From Candidatus Dojkabacteria bacterium (GTDB lineage Bacteria > Patescibacteriota > Dojkabacteria > SC72), in NCBI GenBank assembly GCA_050950165.1, contig JBMNHC010000001.1, positions 124,673 through 188,672 on the forward strand: a DNA stretch of 64,000 bases. Reading direction: 5' to 3'. Position 1 is the stretch's first letter; each line of letters begins with the position of its first letter. The translations under genes were made by a program, and so were the position numbers. Shown in pieces: positions 58,832 to 64,000 of the stretch. Below the pieces are notes generated by a model. It searched no databases. It was not told where the DNA came from and was given only the letters and a program-made list of their open reading frames with translations.

Positions 58832-60085
58832 ATGGCAAAAGAGATTAATATTTCAGAACAACCTACAGTCGTTAAGAGTGAGAAGAAAGAAACACCTATT
58901 GTACAACAGAAAGAACCGAAAGGATTTTTTAAGCTACCTAAAAAAACTCAAACTATCATACTAATATCTCTTGCTACAGCACTACTGTTAGGAATAGCTG
59001 CTTTCTACTACTTCGGTATATACAAAGCTAAACCTTTTAAGATTGCTTCTGAGGTTATTAATCTGAATAGTGAATATCTAATATCAAAGACCAAAGGTCA
59101 CTGGCTCTTTAATCTTGCCAACATTATGCCTGAAGAACCTAGAACAGAGGTAAGTCCAATTAATGGATTACTTTTTACTAAAACAGAGATAGATAAACTT
59201 AGGAAAAGAAGACCTGTTGCAGTAATGATAAATAACCATTCTGCAGCAAGACCCCAGTCAGGACTTAATAGTGCAGATATTGTATATGAGACATTAACTG
59301 AATCAGGAATAACTAGATACTTAGCAATATTTTGGAGTCAAGTACCTGACAAAGTAGGACCGATACGAAGTGCAAGACAATATTTTCTAGAGTTGCTAAA
59401 CCCATATGACCCTCTCTACATATATGATGGTTGTGCAAATACAAATAATCCTAAAACAGATGCCTGTGGTAATCTATACACATACAATATTAAAAAGATT
59501 GCAACAATTGGTGCATGGAGATTCAATGATGGACGAAGATATGCACCTCACAATGAATACTCTTCATTAATCTCAGCATGGGATTATGCAGAGAAAATGA
59601 ATTGGGGTTCTTTCTCTACAATTGAAACATGGAAGTTTAAAAGTGATGCTCCTGTAGAAGAGAGAGGAGAGAAAAGTAAGGTTAATATTGTATTTCACAC
59701 AAGAATAAATAACAGTGGTATGTATGATGTAATATGGACATATGATGCTAAAACAAATAGCTACCTAAAAGAGACTGGTAAGAAAATAGATATAGATCAA
59801 GAGATGAATACCCAAGTATATGCTAAAAGTTTAGTAATACAAGAAGTTAATATGCATCCAGCATACGATGATGCTGGGAGAATAATACAAGATATAATAG
59901 GAGAAGGTAAGGCTGTATTTCTAATGGACGGAAAAATCTTCGATGGTACTTGGAAGAAAGCTACTAGATTAGATAGAACTACATATTTCGATAATGAGGG
60001 AAATGAGGTACAATTTAATAGAGGGAGAGTGTGGATTAGTATACTTGCTCGTTCAGAAGGAAAATTTGCTATAATTGAACAATAA
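58832..60085 (+). CDS. DUF3048 (YerB-like) exported protein
   Basis: RPVAVMINN..AARPQSGL..ADIVYE...E.GITR, GPIRSAR and APHN. Confidence 0.88.
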   Translation: MAKEINISEQPTVVKSEKKETPIVQQKEPKGFFKLPKKTQTIILISLATALLLGIAAFYYFGIYKAKPFKIASEVINLNSEYLISKTKGHWLFNLANIMPEEPRTEVSPINGLLFTKTEIDKLRKRRPVAVMINNHSAARPQSGLNSADIVYETLTESGITRYLAIFWSQVPDKVGPIRSARQYFLELLNPYDPLYIYDGCANTNNPKTDACGNLYTYNIKKIATIGAWRFNDGRRYAPHNEYSSLISAWDYAEKMNWGSFSTIETWKFKSDAPVEERGEKSKVNIVFHTRINNSGMYDVIWTYDAKTNSYLKETGKKIDIDQEMNTQVYAKSLVIQEVNMHPAYDDAGRIIQDIIGEGKAVFLMDGKIFDGTWKKATRLDRTTYFDNEGNEVQFNRGRVWISILARSEGKFAIIEQ

Positions 60086-60135
60086 AATGCCCCATGGTCA
60101 ACAGACCAATCTAATATATATTTATATTAAGGGCT

Positions 60136-60708
60136 ATGTTAAAAAATCTTTTTATCTCAAAAGTCAGAATTAGAATACTAGAGCTGTACATGAGTAATAT
60201 TAAAGCTTCTTACCATGTAAGAGGTTTAGTTCGTGAAATAGGTGAAGAGATTAATGCTGTTAGAAGAGAGTTATTAAATCTTAAAGATGCAGGTATTCTT
60301 AAATCTACCAAAGAGGGAAACAGGATTGTATATATGATAGATAAGAAGTGTCCAATAATTGGAGAGTTAAGATCTATGTTCTTTAAGGAATCTGAAGTAG
60401 GAAAGATACTAAGAACTAAACTCTCTGCAGTAGAAGGTATTACTGTCGCTATAGTCACAGAAGCATTCTTAAAAAATAAACATGATAATCCTTTAGATAT
60501 AGATATGCTCTTTATTGGAACTATGAAAATTAAAGATTTAACATCTACTATGAATGCACTAGAGAAAGAGATAGATAGATCTATGAAGTATGCCGCTATG
60601 AAGCTAGAAGATTTTGAGTTTGGTAGAAGAAAGAGAGACCCAATTCTAATGAATGTTTTAGAGAATGAAAATGTAATGATACTAGGTAAAGACTCAGACC
60701 TCATATGA
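60136..60708 (+). CDS. Winged-HTH regulator fused to a degenerate minimal nucleotidyltransferase domain
   Basis: LFISKVR, HVRGLVR...INAVRREL..L...G (wHTH); DIDMLFIG. Confidence 0.75.
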   Translation: MLKNLFISKVRIRILELYMSNIKASYHVRGLVREIGEEINAVRRELLNLKDAGILKSTKEGNRIVYMIDKKCPIIGELRSMFFKESEVGKILRTKLSAVEGITVAIVTEAFLKNKHDNPLDIDMLFIGTMKIKDLTSTMNALEKEIDRSMKYAAMKLEDFEFGRRKRDPILMNVLENENVMILGKDSDLI

Positions 60709-61937
60709 AAAGAATAAGGATTGCTAAGATAAATATTAACTGGAAGAACTTTTTTACATATATCTTTTTAATTCTTCTCTCTTCCTTAATTCTAGTAAGT
60801 ATATTAATTGCTCTTCCTCTAACTGAAACAATTTCATCTAAAGCTACATACGATCTTAGAGTAAAAAACAATCTGTATTGGTCAAAAGAATATACATTAG
60901 AGTTAGAAAGTTCTCAAAAAGAACATATTGAAAAAACAAAATCCATACTTTACAGTAGGCTAAAGAAGATGGGTGTTGAAAAGATTAGTACTAGAGTATC
61001 TTCTAAAGATGAGAAAACTTTTCTCCATGTTGAGGTAGAATCTTCACTCTCTCCAGACTATGTTCAAGAGTTAATTAGGAATCCTTTTGATATTCATATC
61101 GTTACAAAAAATCCTGACGTAGACTTTGAAAATGAAGAAGATCCTTATGCAATATATCTTGCACAAAACTACATTGAAACAGAATTTAGTAGGAAGGATT
61201 TTAGGAATGTATATTTAACTCAACTTAGAAATGCAGCAAATCAATATTCATACTTTGCTCTCTTTAAAACATGGCCTTGGGACAGTAAATGGGATGAGTT
61301 TCTTAAAGATAATCAAGGTGCACAGGTTGGTGTCTCCATAGACGGATTTGTGACACCAGTACAGATTCCTACTTCACAACCTCTTCTTTTTGCCACTCCT
61401 GTGTCTTCTACTGAGAAAGAAGAGATAAAGTTGATAGATATACTTTACAATTCAGGAGTAGTACCTTCTGGATTTACTTTAGTAGATGTAAATGATAAAG
61501 AGGTAAAAGATAAGAATGTAGATTACATAAAACTAACAGCAGGGGTAATAGTGGCTGTCATAGTCATATACGCTTACTTATTACTGATAGATAAGACTCC
61601 AAAGAGGATATTAATAGAGTCTGCTTTAGCAACCGTAATTACCATCTCCTGTTGGATCTCATATCTTAAGATTTACAGTATTCCAATAGACATCTCTATA
61701 CTGGCAATAGAGGTAATAGCAATAATTGCAATACTGCGTATTACATCCGAAAATAAAGAGTCTAAGGTATTGGTAAATGTATTACTAGTACTAATAGCTT
61801 CTCTTGCCATACTACTAGGTTCTGGTTTTGCCAAAATATTTGCTTCTAATCTCTTTATCCTCATACTTCTAGGTCTAATTGCACAAGAGATATCGAAGAT
61901 ATATATAGATAAAGTAAGAGAGATGACAAAAATATGA
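60705..61937 (+). CDS. secD: Divergent SecD-like protein
   Basis: TM1, then ILYSRLKKMGVE and QVGVSIDG (P1-domain-like motifs), then about five TM helices. Confidence 0.55.
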   Translation: MKRIRIAKININWKNFFTYIFLILLSSLILVSILIALPLTETISSKATYDLRVKNNLYWSKEYTLELESSQKEHIEKTKSILYSRLKKMGVEKISTRVSSKDEKTFLHVEVESSLSPDYVQELIRNPFDIHIVTKNPDVDFENEEDPYAIYLAQNYIETEFSRKDFRNVYLTQLRNAANQYSYFALFKTWPWDSKWDEFLKDNQGAQVGVSIDGFVTPVQIPTSQPLLFATPVSSTEKEEIKLIDILYNSGVVPSGFTLVDVNDKEVKDKNVDYIKLTAGVIVAVIVIYAYLLLIDKTPKRILIESALATVITISCWISYLKIYSIPIDISILAIEVIAIIAILRITSENKESKVLVNVLLVLIASLAILLGSGFAKIFASNLFILILLGLIAQEISKIYIDKVREMTKI

Positions 61938-62446
61938 ATTTAATAACAAGAGTATGGACAAACTGGAGTAACTCAGAAAAGATAGAGAATATTTCTCTCT
62001 TTCTTGCAATATTCTTTTTACTTCTGCTTTTAATATACCTGTTCTCAAAAAATAGAAAGATTACACTTCTTTCTGCAATATCTTTAATTCTTGTAGCCAT
62101 ATTTAATACATTAGGAATCATCATTACAAACACTCTCTTTAGAATAGAGATAGTAGAAATATTTAAAATAGTTCCAATACTAACACTGCTCATTCTTGCA
62201 AGTAATATAGGTGTTCTACTAGGCACATTTAATGAGCAGAAGAACAGGAAAGGATTTAATATCTCTAATATTAGAGTAGAATATTTCTCAGATACTTTTA
62301 AACAGACTATATTCCTTCTACTTCTTGGAAGCAGTATATTTCTTTTCTTACCAGTCTTACTACAGTCCATATTAGCTATCTCCATTCTCTCTGCTTTACT
62401 AGCTATCTGGAGTATATACTGGATATCAAAATATCTACTTAAATGA
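61934..62446 (+). CDS. secF: Truncated SecF-like membrane protein
   Basis: About five TM helices; LIYLFSK.R pattern; ATGA-coupled to the SecD-like gene. Confidence 0.45.
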   Translation: MNLITRVWTNWSNSEKIENISLFLAIFFLLLLLIYLFSKNRKITLLSAISLILVAIFNTLGIIITNTLFRIEIVEIFKIVPILTLLILASNIGVLLGTFNEQKNRKGFNISNIRVEYFSDTFKQTIFLLLLGSSIFLFLPVLLQSILAISILSALLAIWSIYWISKYLLK

Positions 62447-63324
62447 TTAACTATACAGGTAAGATAATTGTAATTGCTGGTCCTACAGCATCTGGTAAGA
62501 GTTCACTTGCTATTAAACTAGCAAAGCAGTTAGGAGGATATATAATAAATGGAGATTCTAGACAGGTATACAAGTATTTAAATATAGGGACAGCAAAACC
62601 TACTCCACAAGAGATATTAGATAACAATGTATGGGTAATAGATGGTATAAGGCATTACCTTTTTGATTTTGTAGACCCTAAAGAAAAGTTTACTCTTTTT
62701 AACTACCAATTTAATACTTCTCAGATATTAAAGAGAGAGAAAGGTATACCCATCTTAGTTGGAGGTAGTGGATTGTATATAGATAGCGTAATATTTAACT
62801 ACAATCTTAAAAAGAATATTAAGAGAGAAGACCTTACTACCCTTACCTTAACACAACTTCAGAAGAAAGCTTCTAAATATCTAGAACATATGACAGAGAG
62901 TGATAGGAAGAATAGGCATAGATTAATTAGAGTAATTGAGAGAGAGAGCTTAGGGAAAGAGAGAGGTAAAACACTAAAACATATATATTTTGTCATTGAT
63001 ATTGATAAAGAGATACTTAAGGAGAGAATAAAAGAGAGAATAGATGAGATGTTTAACAGTGGACTTCTAGAAGAGAACAAGAAGTTGTTAGAGATGGGGT
63101 ATAGATATAGTGATCCTGGATTAAATAGTATTGGGTATAAAGAATTTGAAGAATATTTTAATAATAATCAAACTACTGAGCAGGTAAAAGAGAGTATATA
63201 TAAAAATACAGTAGCGTATGCTAAAAGACAGAGGACTTGGTTTAAGAGAAACAGAGAAAGTATATGGACAGATAGCTATGAGGATATTTATGAATTAGCA
63301 TCAAACTTCATTACTGGGAAATAA
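62443..63324 (+). CDS. miaA: tRNA dimethylallyltransferase
   Basis: GPTASGKS, DSRQVY..L.IGTAKP, VGGSGLY, IGYKE and YAKRQRTWF. Confidence 0.96.
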   Translation: MINYTGKIIVIAGPTASGKSSLAIKLAKQLGGYIINGDSRQVYKYLNIGTAKPTPQEILDNNVWVIDGIRHYLFDFVDPKEKFTLFNYQFNTSQILKREKGIPILVGGSGLYIDSVIFNYNLKKNIKREDLTTLTLTQLQKKASKYLEHMTESDRKNRHRLIRVIERESLGKERGKTLKHIYFVIDIDKEILKERIKERIDEMFNSGLLEENKKLLEMGYRYSDPGLNSIGYKEFEEYFNNNQTTEQVKESIYKNTVAYAKRQRTWFKRNRESIWTDSYEDIYELASNFITGK

Positions 63325-63851
63325 TCACCCTCTTTACTTCTAACAAGATATATCTCAGTAACAATAAAAGATATCTCTTCTACATTCAAGCTCTTGGAGA
63401 TATTATGAATATCTCTAACTAAATTCCTATACTCTTGTTCAGACAGCTCTTTGCTAACCCTACCTATTGTTAGATGAGGAACAAATGTAGAAGCTTGCCT
63501 ACTCTTAATATTCTTCCCTATTTCCCAAAAAAGATTCCTAATCTCTTCACCACCCTTTTCAATATCGATATATATTAACTCCCTATACTTTCTAGAGATA
63601 CCTAACTTTACCTGTCTAAAAGAAATCTCAAAAGGCTTAAATATTATCTTCTCCATCTTTCTTCTAAGCAGAAATCTGTCCAAGAGAGAAACTCTTTTGC
63701 CAACTATATGTAAACTAATATGCAGTGATTCAGGACTAGACCATCTAACAGGAATACCGAAGTCTTTAAAAATTCTACCTACTTCTCTTACAACCCTTCG
63801 TATCTTGTAATTGGACTTCTGGTCAGGAAAGATTCCTAAAAAGTAATTCAT
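63288..63851 (-). CDS. thpR: RNA 2',3'-cyclic phosphodiesterase (2H family)
   Basis: Two HxS/T motifs: LHISL and PHLTIGR. Confidence 0.8.
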   Translation of the reverse strand: MNYFLGIFPDQKSNYKIRRVVREVGRIFKDFGIPVRWSSPESLHISLHIVGKRVSLLDRFLLRRKMEKIIFKPFEISFRQVKLGISRKYRELIYIDIEKGGEEIRNLFWEIGKNIKSRQASTFVPHLTIGRVSKELSEQEYRNLVRDIHNISKSLNVEEISFIVTEIYLVRSKEGDYFPVMKFDANS

Positions 63852-63855
63852 TTAT

Positions 63856-64000
<145 letters not shown>

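Noticed and set aside
61861-62385. 174-aa minus-strand ORF (also 60210-60704 and 21191-21625)
   Set aside because: Antisense to better-supported, operon-coupled + strand genes.

Overview
AT-rich bacterial chromosome segment, code 11 (TGA acts as stop). The compact gene packing and gene repertoire suggest a Patescibacteria/CPR genome, possibly Dojkabacteria; this is inferred, not proven. Housekeeping genes: trpS, family-4 UDG, ndk, Elp3, recO, secA, miaA, thpR-like phosphodiesterase, the 3' end of serS, tRNA-Lys(CTT) and tRNA-Pro(GGG). Other content: a ~23 kb surface-glycan locus (25.5-48.6 kb), a second small glycosyltransferase operon, a small probably acquired islet (LiaF-like, DUF4097, NDT-like) and an ABC exporter pair. 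Main unexplained signals: (1) a ~225-nt seven-helix structured element with its own promoter upstream of a ferredoxin; (2) a phased GGGACAGACCT doublet array between ndk and Elp3 with a G/T-rich halo running outward into the flanking genes; (3) an orphan SAM-methyltransferase-fold gene directly upstream of a multi-TM histidine kinase, a possible signal synthase/receptor pair; (4) tandem gmd genes with near-identical 3' halves but changed cofactor and catalytic residues in one copy; (5) a degenerate, minimal SecDF; (6) a VanW-CHAP fusion lipoprotein; (7) a shared C-terminal membrane module on two surface proteins. All calls were made by eye; no searches or folding programs were run.
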